Notes: a model not told the origin generated them from the sequence alone. A stretch of DNA of 64,000 bases from an uncultured Candidatus Binatia bacterium (GCA_965215605.1 OZ244070.1:2624001-2688000), one strand, 5' to 3'; shown: positions 27,229 to 36,317, numbered from the stretch's first letter. Numbers and translations are program-made.

Positions 27229-28224
27229 GTGGAACTTGGCATCTATTTCCGTTCTTTCTTCACCAACCCGACACGGCCCCTGCACGAGCAGATCGACGAC
27301 GCCGTTGAGATCTGCCACGTCGCCCGTGACTGCGGCTTCGCCGCCATCACCATGCCCCAGCACTGGGTGTCGCATCCCACCATCTGGCCCCAGCCCTTCC
27401 CCATGCTGGCGCGGCTGGCCCCGGAGGTAGGCGAGATGCGGCTCCAGACCGGCATCGTGCTGCTGCCGCTCCACAACCCGCTCCAGGTGGCGGAAGACGT
27501 GGCCACCCTGGACCACATCGCCAAGGGCCGCTTCGTCCTCGGCGTGGGTTTGGGCTACCGCGACACCGAGCTCGAGGCCGTGGCCTCCAACCGCAAGCAG
27601 CGGGTGTCCCGCCTCACCGAGTCCATCGAAGTGATGAAGAAGCTCTGGACCGGCGAGGAGATCGACCACGAGGGCAAGTACTGGACGGTGCACGGCGCCA
27701 AGATGGGATTCACGCCCATCCAGAAGCCCCATCCGCCCATCTGGATCGCCTGCCAGAGCGAAGGCGCGGTGCGGCGCTCCGCCCGCATCGCCGACGCCGC
27801 CTATCTGGCGCCCCAGGTGGGCTTCGACGACGTCGCCCATCTCATCTCCATCTACCGCGACGAACGCAGCAAAACCGGCCAGGACCCCGGCCGCATCACC
27901 ATCTCCCGTGGCGTGGCCTATGCCCCCAACCGCGAGACCGCCATCGCCCAGGCGCGCGAGTCCGCGGCGTCTTCCTACAAGATGTACAGCAGTTGGAACA
28001 TGCAGGAAGACACCATGGTCAAGATCAACATCGCCTCCGACTCCGAAGTCAGCGCCTGGGCCGTCACCGGCAACGGCGACGACTGCTTGGCGGATCTCAG
28101 CCGCCTTGCCGAGGATGGCGTCGAGTACGTGGGCATGACCTTGCTCAACATGCCCAAGGACCTGTCGGGCCGGAAAGAATATCTGCAGGGGCTGGCCGAG
28201 AACGTGCTGCACCGGATGAAGTAG
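27229..28224 (+). CDS. LLM-class flavin-dependent oxidoreductase
   Basis: GTG after AGGAGG. LLPLHNPLQVAEDVATLD, GVGLGYR, PIQKPHPPIWIA. Confidence 0.9.
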   Translation: MELGIYFRSFFTNPTRPLHEQIDDAVEICHVARDCGFAAITMPQHWVSHPTIWPQPFPMLARLAPEVGEMRLQTGIVLLPLHNPLQVAEDVATLDHIAKGRFVLGVGLGYRDTELEAVASNRKQRVSRLTESIEVMKKLWTGEEIDHEGKYWTVHGAKMGFTPIQKPHPPIWIACQSEGAVRRSARIADAAYLAPQVGFDDVAHLISIYRDERSKTGQDPGRITISRGVAYAPNRETAIAQARESAASSYKMYSSWNMQEDTMVKINIASDSEVSAWAVTGNGDDCLADLSRLAEDGVEYVGMTLLNMPKDLSGRKEYLQGLAENVLHRMK

Positions 28225-28263
28225 GCCGCGCGGCACGAGAACCGGCGCGCGGCGAGGACCCCC

Positions 28264-28743
28264 ATGGCGCTTGAGATCGAGCGCAAGTTCCTGGTCACCG
28301 GAGACGGCTGGCGCAAGGCCGAGGGAACGGTCCTCCGCCAAGGCTATCTGAACACCCACCCCGAACGCACCGTGCGCGTCCGCATCGAGGGCGACAAGGC
28401 CGCCCTCACCATCAAGGGAATCACCCGCGGCGCCACCCGTTCCGAGTACGAGTACGAAATCCCGCCCCAAGACGCCGCCGAACTGCTCCGCCTGTGCGAG
28501 CCGCCGCTAATAGAAAAGGTACGCCGCCGCCTGGAGCACGACGGCCTCATCTGGGAGGTGGACGAGTTCCTCGGGGACAACCAGGGCCTCGTCGTCGCCG
28601 AAGTCGAGCTGGACCGCGAAGACCGCCCGTTCACCAAGCCCGCGTGGGTCGGCGAAGAAGTCACCCACGATCCCCGCTTCTACAACGCCAACCTTGTGGC
28701 AAATCCCTTCACCAAGTGGCAAAATTCAAAGGAGCGCCTCTGA
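28264..28743 (+). CDS. CYTH domain protein (inorganic triphosphatase-like)
   Basis: EIERKFLV, QGYL, VRVR, EYEYEI, WEVDEF, VAEVEL. Confidence 0.9.
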   Translation: MALEIERKFLVTGDGWRKAEGTVLRQGYLNTHPERTVRVRIEGDKAALTIKGITRGATRSEYEYEIPPQDAAELLRLCEPPLIEKVRRRLEHDGLIWEVDEFLGDNQGLVVAEVELDREDRPFTKPAWVGEEVTHDPRFYNANLVANPFTKWQNSKERL

Positions 28744-28773
28744 CACCGGGGCGCCCCGGGTCTTCCCGAACAC

Positions 28774-28866
28774 GGAGGGGTGGCCGAGTGGTTTAAGGCA
28801 CCGGTCTTGAAAATCGGCGTCCGCCTAAACAGCGGACCGCGAGTTCGAATCTCGCCCCCTCCGCCA
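28774..28866 (+). tRNA. tRNA-Ser(TGA)
   Basis: GGAGGGG/CCCCTCC acceptor stem, anticodon loop CTTGAAA, long variable arm GTCCGC/GCGGAC, GTTCGAATC T-loop, GCCA end. Confidence 0.95.
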
Positions 28867-28898
28867 CCGCTTGCTCGGACGTATTCGAAAAACGAAAA

Positions 28899-29151
28899 AT
28901 GGTGAATTGGGCGCGATTTACACCAGTTGACTTTGAGTATGACTTCGAGCGGGATGAACTCGCTTCCCACCGAATCACTTTCGAGGAAGCGGTCGAGTGC
29001 TTCTTCTCGGACTTTGAAATCCGTCGCAAACAAGTCGTACAGAGATCGTTACCAAGTCCTCGGACGAACGGTTGGCGGCCGGCGTTTGAAGGTCATTTTT
29101 CAACTGAAATCGGGTGATGTCGTCCGGATCATTACAGGATGGCCCCTATGA
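28899..29151 (+). pseudogene. brnT: BrnT-like toxin, frameshifted
   Basis: HRITFEEAVECF in one frame and NKSYRDRYQVLGRT...LKVIF...VRIITGW in the next. One extra A at 29028-29030 explains the shift. Confidence 0.7.
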
Positions 29152-29426
29152 AGAAAAAGACAAGACCCTTAACCGAAAGAGAAGTTGATGACGCCGTCGT
29201 TGCCGAAGCTGACGACGACGCGGCTTGGGGAAAACCTGTCCGAGCCCGGAAAGCCAAGCCCACTAGCGTCCCATTGTCTGCGCCGGTAGCCACGCGAGCC
29301 GCGTTTTTCGCCCGCCTCCACCGGGAGAAGAGCGTGGACGTCTGGATCGAACGGATTATTCGAGACCGCCTCGATCTCGAAGAGGCCGTGTTTGCCGACG
29401 TGAAGCGAGAGATGGCCGCTCGGTGA
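29148..29426 (+). CDS. Putative antitoxin (CopG/BrnA-like)
   Basis: ATGA overlap with the toxin stop. Acidic N-terminus and an RHH-like C-terminus (TSVPLS...WIERIIRDRL). Confidence 0.7.
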   Translation: MKKKTRPLTEREVDDAVVAEADDDAAWGKPVRARKAKPTSVPLSAPVATRAAFFARLHREKSVDVWIERIIRDRLDLEEAVFADVKREMAAR

Positions 29427-29429
29427 ACA

Positions 29430-29657
29430 GTCTCCCAGGGGCGAACCCGGTGGGCTGACTCACTCACATTGACCCGTCTCCGGTAAACCCGGCGTGGTTC
29501 AGAGAACCCGGAACCGAGCGTGAGGGTGTGCCTCACGGGCAAGGGGTCGGTGAAGTACCGGGAGCGGGCTTCAGGAGGGTGAAGGGAGAACTACTGTGTC
29601 GTCACCCGGGAAGGAACTCCGGGTTCTCTACCTTGTCAAACTCTTCACCCGGGAGAC
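29430..29657 (-). mobile_element. Miniature non-coding element with inverted ends and structured RNA core (possible IS110-family derivative)
   Basis: End IRs GTCTCCCAGGGGCGAA / TTCACCCGGGAGAC. 12-bp stem 29501-29512 with 29618-29629. Minus-strand GGAGA-N7-ATG-TGA. The IS110 link is from pattern memory only. Confidence 0.5.
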
Positions 29658-29684
29658 AAAGCCGAAGGCACTAAGTGGCTTCTG

Positions 29685-29755
29685 AGGCACCGGTCTTGAA
29701 AATCGGCGTCCGCCTAACATGTGGACCGCGAGTTCGAATCTCGCCCCCTCCGCCA
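29685..29755 (+). repeat. Displaced 3' copy of tRNA-Ser (att-like direct repeat)
   Basis: Identical to tRNA-Ser from AGGCACCGGTC to CCGCCA except in the variable arm. The 5' acceptor strand is missing. Confidence 0.88.
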
Positions 29756-29856
29756 ACCATACTCCCATACAGTACCTGAGCGCTCCGTTTGCCGAGCCGG
29801 GGTGCCTGGTCTATGTTGGACTAGTTTGTGCTCTCTTGATCGGAGGAGGCTTGTTC

Positions 29857-30132
29857 GTGGCAAGGACCGGACCGCAACGTGTTTGGACCGTGGCTGAGGC
29901 GAAGGCGCACCTCTCCGAGATTCTGCGCCTAGCCCAGTCGGAAGGGCCGCAACGTATCGGTACCCGGCGGTCGTTCGTCGTCGTGCCCGCGGACGCATGG
30001 GACAACAAAGCCAATCCTCGCAAGCCCCTTGGCCGGTGGCTGATCGAGAACATGCCACGCGGGGTAGATCTCGAAGTTCCCGACCGCCGTTCCGCCCGGG
30101 AGGTTCCGTTCAGCGACGAGGATGACGAATGA
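29857..30132 (+). CDS. Phd/YefM-family antitoxin
   Basis: WTVAEAKAHLSEILRLAQSEGPQRI. GTG after GGAGG. Overlaps the PIN gene by ATGA. Confidence 0.82.
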   Translation: MARTGPQRVWTVAEAKAHLSEILRLAQSEGPQRIGTRRSFVVVPADAWDNKANPRKPLGRWLIENMPRGVDLEVPDRRSAREVPFSDEDDE

Positions 30133-30548
30133 GCGGGTATCTTCTGGACACGAACGTGGTCTCGGAGACCATGCGTAGTGTTCCGGATGCGCGTGTGGTG
30201 ACTTTTCTGGCGGAACATGACGACCTATGGCTGTCTTCGATCGTTGTGCACGAGTTGGAATACGGCGTGCGGCGGCTGGCACAAGGGCGACGGCGGTCCA
30301 GCCTGGAGGCTGACTTGCGGCGCCTCACTACAGAATACGAGGACCGCATACTGCCCTTGGACCGGGTGGGGGCGGAGTGGGCGGCCCGGTGCCGGGTCCT
30401 GGCCCAGCGCTCAGGACATACGCTGGACCTGGGCGACGCTCTCATCGCGGGAACGGCGAAGGCCCACGACCTCACCGTGGCCACTCGCAACATCGCTGAT
30501 TTCCAAGACGTCGGCGTTGAACTCGTCAATCCTTGGGAAGCAGAATGA
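30129..30548 (+). CDS. vapC: VapC-family PIN toxin
   Basis: YLLDTNVVSE, ELEYG, DALIAGTA, ATRNIADF, VNPW. Confidence 0.9.
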   Translation: MSGYLLDTNVVSETMRSVPDARVVTFLAEHDDLWLSSIVVHELEYGVRRLAQGRRRSSLEADLRRLTTEYEDRILPLDRVGAEWAARCRVLAQRSGHTLDLGDALIAGTAKAHDLTVATRNIADFQDVGVELVNPWEAE

Positions 30549-31070
30549 GCAACAACGACCTCAACTGGATCGCCAACTACATATGGGGTATTGCCGACGA
30601 CGTGTTGCGCGACCTGTACGTGCGCGGCAAGTACCGCGACGTGATTCTGCCCATGACCGTGCTGCGCCGGCTCGATGCAGTCCTGGAAGACAGCAAGCAG
30701 GCCGTCCTCGACATGAAGGCGACCCTCGACGCTGCCGAGATTGTCGAACAGGACCAAGGCCCTGCGACAGGCCGCAGGACAAGCGTTCTACAACACCTCG
30801 CAGTTCACCCTGCGGGACCTGAGAGCCCGCGCCAATCGCCAGCAATTGACGGCCGACTTTGAGGCCTACCTGGACGGGTTCTCGCCCAACGTGCAGGACA
30901 TCCTCGACAACTTCGAGTTCCGCAACCAGATTCCGCGCCTGTCCAAAGCCGACGCCCTGGGCACGCTGATCGAGAAGCTCACCTCACCCGACATCAACCT
31001 GAGCCCGACTCCGGTTCTCAACACCGACGGCTCGGTCAAACACCCCGGCCTCGACAACCACGGCATGGGC
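30545..31070 (+). pseudogene. hsdM: Type I RM methyltransferase HsdM, N-terminal fragment with frameshift
   Basis: ANYIWGIADDVLRD...YRDVILPMTVLRRLD. Frameshift near 30757, then FYNTS...YLDGFSPNVQDI...DNHGMG. Catalytic motifs absent. Confidence 0.85.
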
Positions 31071-31150
31071 TCCCGGATGACGCCAGCCTGTCCGGCAACG
31101 ACCGGGCTGAAGTCGAGGATGAGGTTGAAATCCGAACGGAGGCATTCGAA

Positions 31151-31378
31151 ATGACGGATTGGCACACGTGCCCGGCCGTGGAACGGAAGCCGGGAAAAGT
31201 CAGCGGCGCGTGGGTGTTTGCGGGCACACGGATCCCACTGTCCGCACTGTACGAGAACCTCGCCGGTGGCGCCACGATCGACGAGTTCGTCGAGTGGTTC
31301 CCGGGCGTCGATAAGCAACAGGTCCGGGCGGTTCTCGAACACGAGGCGAAAGCGCTGAGAACGGCGGCAGCGCCTTGA
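31151..31378 (+). CDS. DUF433-family antitoxin-like protein
   Basis: PGKVSGAWVFAGTRIP...LAGGATIDEFVEWFP. Confidence 0.85.
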   Translation: MTDWHTCPAVERKPGKVSGAWVFAGTRIPLSALYENLAGGATIDEFVEWFPGVDKQQVRAVLEHEAKALRTAAAP

Positions 31379-31607
31379 AGCTGCTGTTCGATCAGGGAAC
31401 GCCCGCACCGTTGCGGGACCACCTTCCGGAGCACTCCGTGGACACGCTGGCAGAGAACAGTTGGTCGGACAAGGACAACGGCGAGTTGCTAGACCTCGCG
31501 GAGCGAGAGGGGTACGAGATTCTTGTGACGACCGACCAGAACCTTCGACATCAACAGAATCTGGCGGGGAGGCGAATCGGCGTGGTCGTCCTGCTTTCCA
31601 CGAACTG
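31375..31607 (+). pseudogene. DUF5615-type PIN-like toxin, 3'-truncated
   Basis: KLLFDQGTP, DNGELLDLAE, LVTTDQNL. Sequence switches abruptly to hsdR after STNW. Confidence 0.75.
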
Positions 31608-33675
31608 GTCTTCACCTTCGAGCTCAAGAACAACCTGACCAAGCAGACCGTGGGCGACGCGGTCTGGCAATACTAGAAGGACCGCGACCCACGCGAGAAG
31701 CTGTTCGAGTTCGGCCGCTGCGTGGCCCACTTTGCCGTGGACGAGAACGAGGTACGCTTCTGCACCCACCTTCAGGGCAAGTCCTCGTGGTTCCGGCCCT
31801 TGGACCGGGGTTGGAACGACGGCGCGGGCAACCCGCCCAACCCGAACGGGCTCAAGACCGACTATCTGTGGCGCGGCGTACTGGCCCGCGAGAGCCTGAC
31901 GAACATCCTGGAGAATTATGCCCAGGTGGTGGAGTCAAGGGACGAGAAGAGCGGCAAGAAGAAGAAAACCCAGGTCTGGCCGCGCTACCACCAGCTCGAC
32001 GTCGTACGCCGGCTGCTGGAAGACGGAATAGACTTGTGAGGATCAGATCAACCGCCTCATGGAGTCGCACAAGCTGCTCCCCAACGCCAGCTACTTCGCC
32101 TTTACGGCGACGCCCAAGAACAAGACCCTGGAAATCTTCGGCAACCCCGATCCCCGGGCGGACGGCACGGTCCAGCACCATGCCTTTCACAGCTACACCA
32201 TGAAGCAGGCCATCCAGGAGGGCTTCATTCTGGACGTGCTGGCGCACTACACGCCGGTGAACAGCTATTACAAGCTGGCCAAGACCGTAGAGGACGACCC
32301 GCAGTTCGATACACGGAAGGCGCAGAAGAAGCTCCGACGCTTTGTGGAGGGCAGCGACCACGCGATCCGTCTCAAGGCCGAGATCATGGTCGACCACTTC
32401 CACGAACAGGTCCTGGCCCAGAGCAAGGTCGGCGGACAAGCCCGGGCCATGGTGGTCACCAACGGCGTCGCGCGTGCGATCCAGTACTTCCACGCCATCC
32501 GCGACTACTTGCACGAGCGCAAGAGCCGGTACCAAGCCTTGGTCGCCTTCTCCGGCGATTACGAGTTGGACGATACGAAGGTGAGTGAAGCGTCGTTGAA
32601 CGGCTCCCCCTCCGGCCGGATCGCCGAGCGGTTCCGGGAGGACCCCTACCGCTTCCTGGTCTGCGCCGACAAGTTTCAGACCGGATATGACGAACCGCTG
32701 CTGCACACCATGTACGTGGACAAGACGCTCTCCGGCATCAAGGCGGTGCAGACCCTGTCGCGGCTCAACCGGACGCACCTCAAGAAGCACGACGTCTTTG
32801 TCCTGGATTTCCTGAACGACGTCGACACCATCCGCGAGGGGTTCGCGGATTTCTATCGGGCGACGATCCTGGCTGACGAGACCGACCCCAACAAGTTGCA
32901 TGACCTGCAGGCGGATCTGGATGCTGCCCAGGTGTACTCCGAGGAGCAGGTCGATGACTTCGTGAAGCGTTACCTGGGCGGGGCCGAACGCGACCAGTTG
33001 GATCCGATTCTCGACGCGTGCGTGGCGGTGTACAAGCGCGAACTCGAGGAAGATGGTCAGGTGGATTTCAAGGGCAAGGCCAAGGGCTTCGTCCGCACTT
33101 ACAGCTTTCTCTCCTGCGTCCTTCCCTACACGAACGCCGACTGGGAGAAGCGTTCGATCTTTCTGAATTTTCTGATTCCCAAGTTGCCGGCCCCCGAGGA
33201 GGACGACCTCTCGAAGGGCATCCTCGAGGCCATCGACCTGGACAGCTACCGGGCCGAGAAACAGGCGATGCAGAAGATACTGCTGCCCGACGAGGACGCC
33301 GAGATCGACCCGGTGCCCACCACCGGTGGCGGCCACGTTCCCGAGCCCGAGATGGACCGGCTCTCCAACATTGTCCGGATGTTCAACGATCAGTTCGGCA
33401 ACATTGTCTGGGAAGACGCCGACCGCGTGCGCCAACTCATCACGGAGACGATCCCCGCCCGGGTGGCCGCGGACACCGCCTTCAGGAACGCCCAGCAGAA
33501 CTCGGACAAGCAAAACGCCCGCATCGAGCACGACAAGGCTCTGGAGCGGGTCATGACCCCCCTGGTGAAAGACGACACCCAGCTCTTCAAACAATTCACG
33601 GACAACGAGAGCTTCAAGCGGTGGATGAGCGATGCCTCGTTCGAGATCGCGTACCGGCAGCCGGGTGGCGGATGA
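31608..33675 (+). pseudogene. hsdR: Type I RM restriction subunit HsdR, fragmented
   Basis: FELKN...AVWQY with in-frame TAG at 31674, HFAVD, PRYHQL, an internal deletion near 32030, then FAFTATPK, YTMKQAIQEGFILDVL, KFQTGYDEP, QTLSRLNR. Confidence 0.85.
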
Positions 33676-33750
33676 CCAAGTATGGCGCGACATCGCTCCC
33701 TCCGCCGGGAACGATGCGGAACGCCGTGGAACACCGCGTGGGGGACGGCT

Positions 33751-34467
33751 TCAGTCCGGAGGCCCTGCCGCGGACCTCCGTTGGCGTTGACGCTCCAGGT
33801 GCTTGAGCGCTTCGCGCCGGCTCAGCGTGGAAAGCCCGGGATGCGCGTCCACGAACGCCGTCACCCATCCCGGATCGGTCTTGGAGTACTCGCGTAGCGC
33901 CCAGCCGATACCCTTGCGAAGAAAGAACTCCGGGTGGCCGATGGACGGCCGGATCGCGTCGGCGAGCAGGTTCGGGTCCGTCCCTTGCTTCGCGTGGAGT
34001 TGGGCGAGAATGGCGGTTCGCCGCTTCCAGATGTCGCCGTCCCTCGCCCACTCCCGGAGGATGGCCTTCATCGGGCGGGGATGTGCGGCGAGCATGGCCC
34101 CCACCCCGCGGCCGGCAATCGCGTCCACGTAATCCCACCAGGCCCCGGTGACCACCATCTCCTCGATCATTGGAAGGCGCGCCGGCTCGAGCCAGCTCGA
34201 ATAGCGCCGGAAGAGCAGCAGCTCGACCGCCGCGTAGCGTTCTTCGCGGTGGGCGGCGCGGCGCCAGAGGTCGAGAATGGCCGCCTCCCAGGCGTCGGCG
34301 TCCGGCAGCGGGTGCTGCGCGAACAGGGCGCCTGCGATGCGGCGGCATTGCGGCACGCCCACCCCCAGGTAGGGCATGTCCGACTTCATGTATGCCTGCT
34401 GCTGCGGTGCCCTGACCGGGTCGGCGGCATCGCGCAGGGCGACAATGACGGATTCTCGAATGTTCAT
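33751..34467 (-). CDS. DNA alkylation repair enzyme (AlkD-like HEAT-repeat glycosylase)
   Basis: AYMKS, REERYAA, WWDYVD, EFFLRKGIGWALREYSKTDP. Confidence 0.85.
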   Translation of the reverse strand: MNIRESVIVALRDAADPVRAPQQQAYMKSDMPYLGVGVPQCRRIAGALFAQHPLPDADAWEAAILDLWRRAAHREERYAAVELLLFRRYSSWLEPARLPMIEEMVVTGAWWDYVDAIAGRGVGAMLAAHPRPMKAILREWARDGDIWKRRTAILAQLHAKQGTDPNLLADAIRPSIGHPEFFLRKGIGWALREYSKTDPGWVTAFVDAHPGLSTLSRREALKHLERQRQRRSAAGPPD

Positions 34468-34488
34468 CCCCTGACCGGGTCGCCCCCT

Positions 34489-34640
34489 TCATCGCGCGCC
34501 CTTTGGCGCCCCCGCGCCGATCGCCGCCGCGATGCGCTCCCGGTGCTGGCGAAACGTCTCCGGCCAATCCGGGCGGTAGGGCACGACCACGATGGCGCGT
34601 TCCATTACCCCGCAGATGAGCCCCGTCTCCCGCGCCGGCG
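34489..34640 (-). pseudogene. GrpB-family N-terminal fragment
   Basis: IVVVPYRPDWPETFRQHRERIAAAIG followed by a stop. The catalytic region is missing. Confidence 0.65.
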
Positions 34641-34774
34641 CGTCACCGGGTGGTGTATCGCTCGGTTCCGTCCTCGCCCTCTCCCCGAGATCAAAGGTGG
34701 GCGGTGCAGCAAGAGTACCGCCACCCGCGCACGAGGCACGCAAGGGCCGTCCTGATTACGTACGAAGCTCATCT

Positions 34775-35156
34775 GGTGAGCCAGTCGGTCCCATCACCGG
34801 AGCGTAAGCGTACCGGAAGCTTGTGACCCGAAACCGGGGCGAATTCAAGCGTATCGCAGACGGCGATGCAAGGGCTGGAGGGACGGAACGATGAGAGAAA
34901 AAAGCTGTTTTACAGCACCTTATCGTGGCCACTCGCAACATCGCTGATTTCCAACGCGCCGGCGTTGAGCTGGTCAATCCTTGGGAGGCTTGGTGACATG
35001 CTCGATTGCGGGGGACACGGAAGTGGAAAGCCGCGCATTCGTCCCCTCTCTCTAGCCCGTGGAGGTCGGCAATGTGCTCTTGGTCGCCACGCGGCGGGAC
35101 CGGATCCGTGTAGACGACTGGCGGGAACACGCGCAAGCCTCGAGCCATTGCCGATC
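34775..35156 (+). pseudogene. Three consecutive PIN/VapC gene remnants
   Basis: GEPVGP...*...LVTRNRGEFKRI; VATRNIADFQRAGVELVNPW; VESRAFVPSL*PVEVGNVLLVATRR. Confidence 0.7.
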
Positions 35157-35272
35157 AGACTTTTCCAAGACACAAAACCACGGTACGTTGTCAAGAATCC
35201 GACGCCTAACGTCGACGTTGAGTGGGCGGGTCGTTGGGCCTTGACACAGACCCTCAATGAGCGCTGATCGCC

Positions 35273-35326
35273 ATGGACAAGAAGAAGAGTCTCAGTGAAC
35301 GCGACATTTGCAGCAAGTTCATTACG
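35273..35326 (+). pseudogene. 18-codon stub of an EcoAI/EcoEI-type HsdR N-terminus
   Basis: MDKKKSLSERDICSKFIT, then unrelated sequence. Confidence 0.6.
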
Positions 35327-35396
35327 AGGACACGCTGGACAGATCGGACTGGTCAGACCTGCTGGCGGCTCTGGCATCGAATGATGGCGGCTGGGT

Positions 35397-36317
35397 ATGG
35401 GCATTAATCTGATCATCGCCGTCACCGATGACGACTGGTTCGAGATGCTGCGGCAGCAGCCGGACCGCAGCGAGGTCAACTTCTGGGCACCCTCGGCAGC
35501 GAATTTTCGGGCGCTCCAGCCGGGTGAGTTGTTCCTGTTCAAGTTGCACGCACCGCGGAACGTGATTGTCGGCGGCGGCATCTTCGCCTATGCCAACGCG
35601 CTGCCGTGTTCGCTTGCCTGGGAAGCGTTCGGCGAGGCGAACGGCGCGCGGTCGGCGCAGGAGATGCGCACACGCATCTCAAAGTACCGAAGGGCGGAAC
35701 CGGACGACCGTAGCGACTTCGCCATCGGTTGCCGCATTCTGACCCAGCCGTTCTTCTTCGACGAGGCCGACTGGATTCCGGTACCGGAAAGCTGGTCGCC
35801 AAACATCGTCTCGTTCAAGACCTACAACACGGGCGAAGCCGAGGGACTGGCCCTGTGGGAGGCGGTCAACGACCGTATGACACGGCAGCCGTTCCCCGGC
35901 ATAGCCGAAGAGCAGGCGCGGTTCGGGGAGCCTCATCTCATCCGGCCCCGCCTCGGGCAGGGCGCATTCCGTGTGCTGGTGACCGACATTTATGGGCGGC
36001 GCTGCGCTGTCACGCAGGAGCGGACCCTGCCGGCGCTTGAGGCGGCGCATATCCGTCCCTATGGTGACGGCGGCGAACACGAGGCCCGGAACGGCCTTCT
36101 GCTGCGGCGCGACATCCACAGCCTGTTCGACGCCGGTTATGTGACGGTCACGCCCGCTCTCGACTTCGAGGTCAGCCGCCGCATCAAGGAAGAGTTTGAC
36201 AACGGCCGGGATTACTATGCCCTACACGGTCAGCGGATCAGCGCGCCACATGAAGCCACCCAGCGCCCCGATCCGGTGGCCCTTACCTGGCACAATGAGC
36301 ACTGTTTCAGGGGATGA
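35397..36317 (+). CDS. HNH endonuclease with putative N-terminal PUA/EVE-like domain
   Basis: RLGQGAFR, YGRRCAVT, LEAAHIRP, NGLLLRRDIHSLFD. N-terminal VNFW...PGELFLFK. Confidence 0.85.
   Translation: MGINLIIAVTDDDWFEMLRQQPDRSEVNFWAPSAANFRALQPGELFLFKLHAPRNVIVGGGIFAYANALPCSLAWEAFGEANGARSAQEMRTRISKYRRAEPDDRSDFAIGCRILTQPFFFDEADWIPVPESWSPNIVSFKTYNTGEAEGLALWEAVNDRMTRQPFPGIAEEQARFGEPHLIRPRLGQGAFRVLVTDIYGRRCAVTQERTLPALEAAHIRPYGDGGEHEARNGLLLRRDIHSLFDAGYVTVTPALDFEVSRRIKEEFDNGRDYYALHGQRISAPHEATQRPDPVALTWHNEHCFRG

Noticed and set aside
29430-29657. Group II intron fragment or riboswitch
   Set aside because: No GTGCG start, no domain V motif and no downstream gene to regulate. An Rfam search is still needed to exclude these formally.
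29660-29755. Second functional tRNA-Ser
   Set aside because: The 5' acceptor strand and D-arm are absent or degenerate, so the cloverleaf cannot close.
31674-31676. Pyrrolysine or programmed readthrough at the hsdR TAG
   Set aside because: The gene also has large deletions, so simple pseudogenisation explains the stop.
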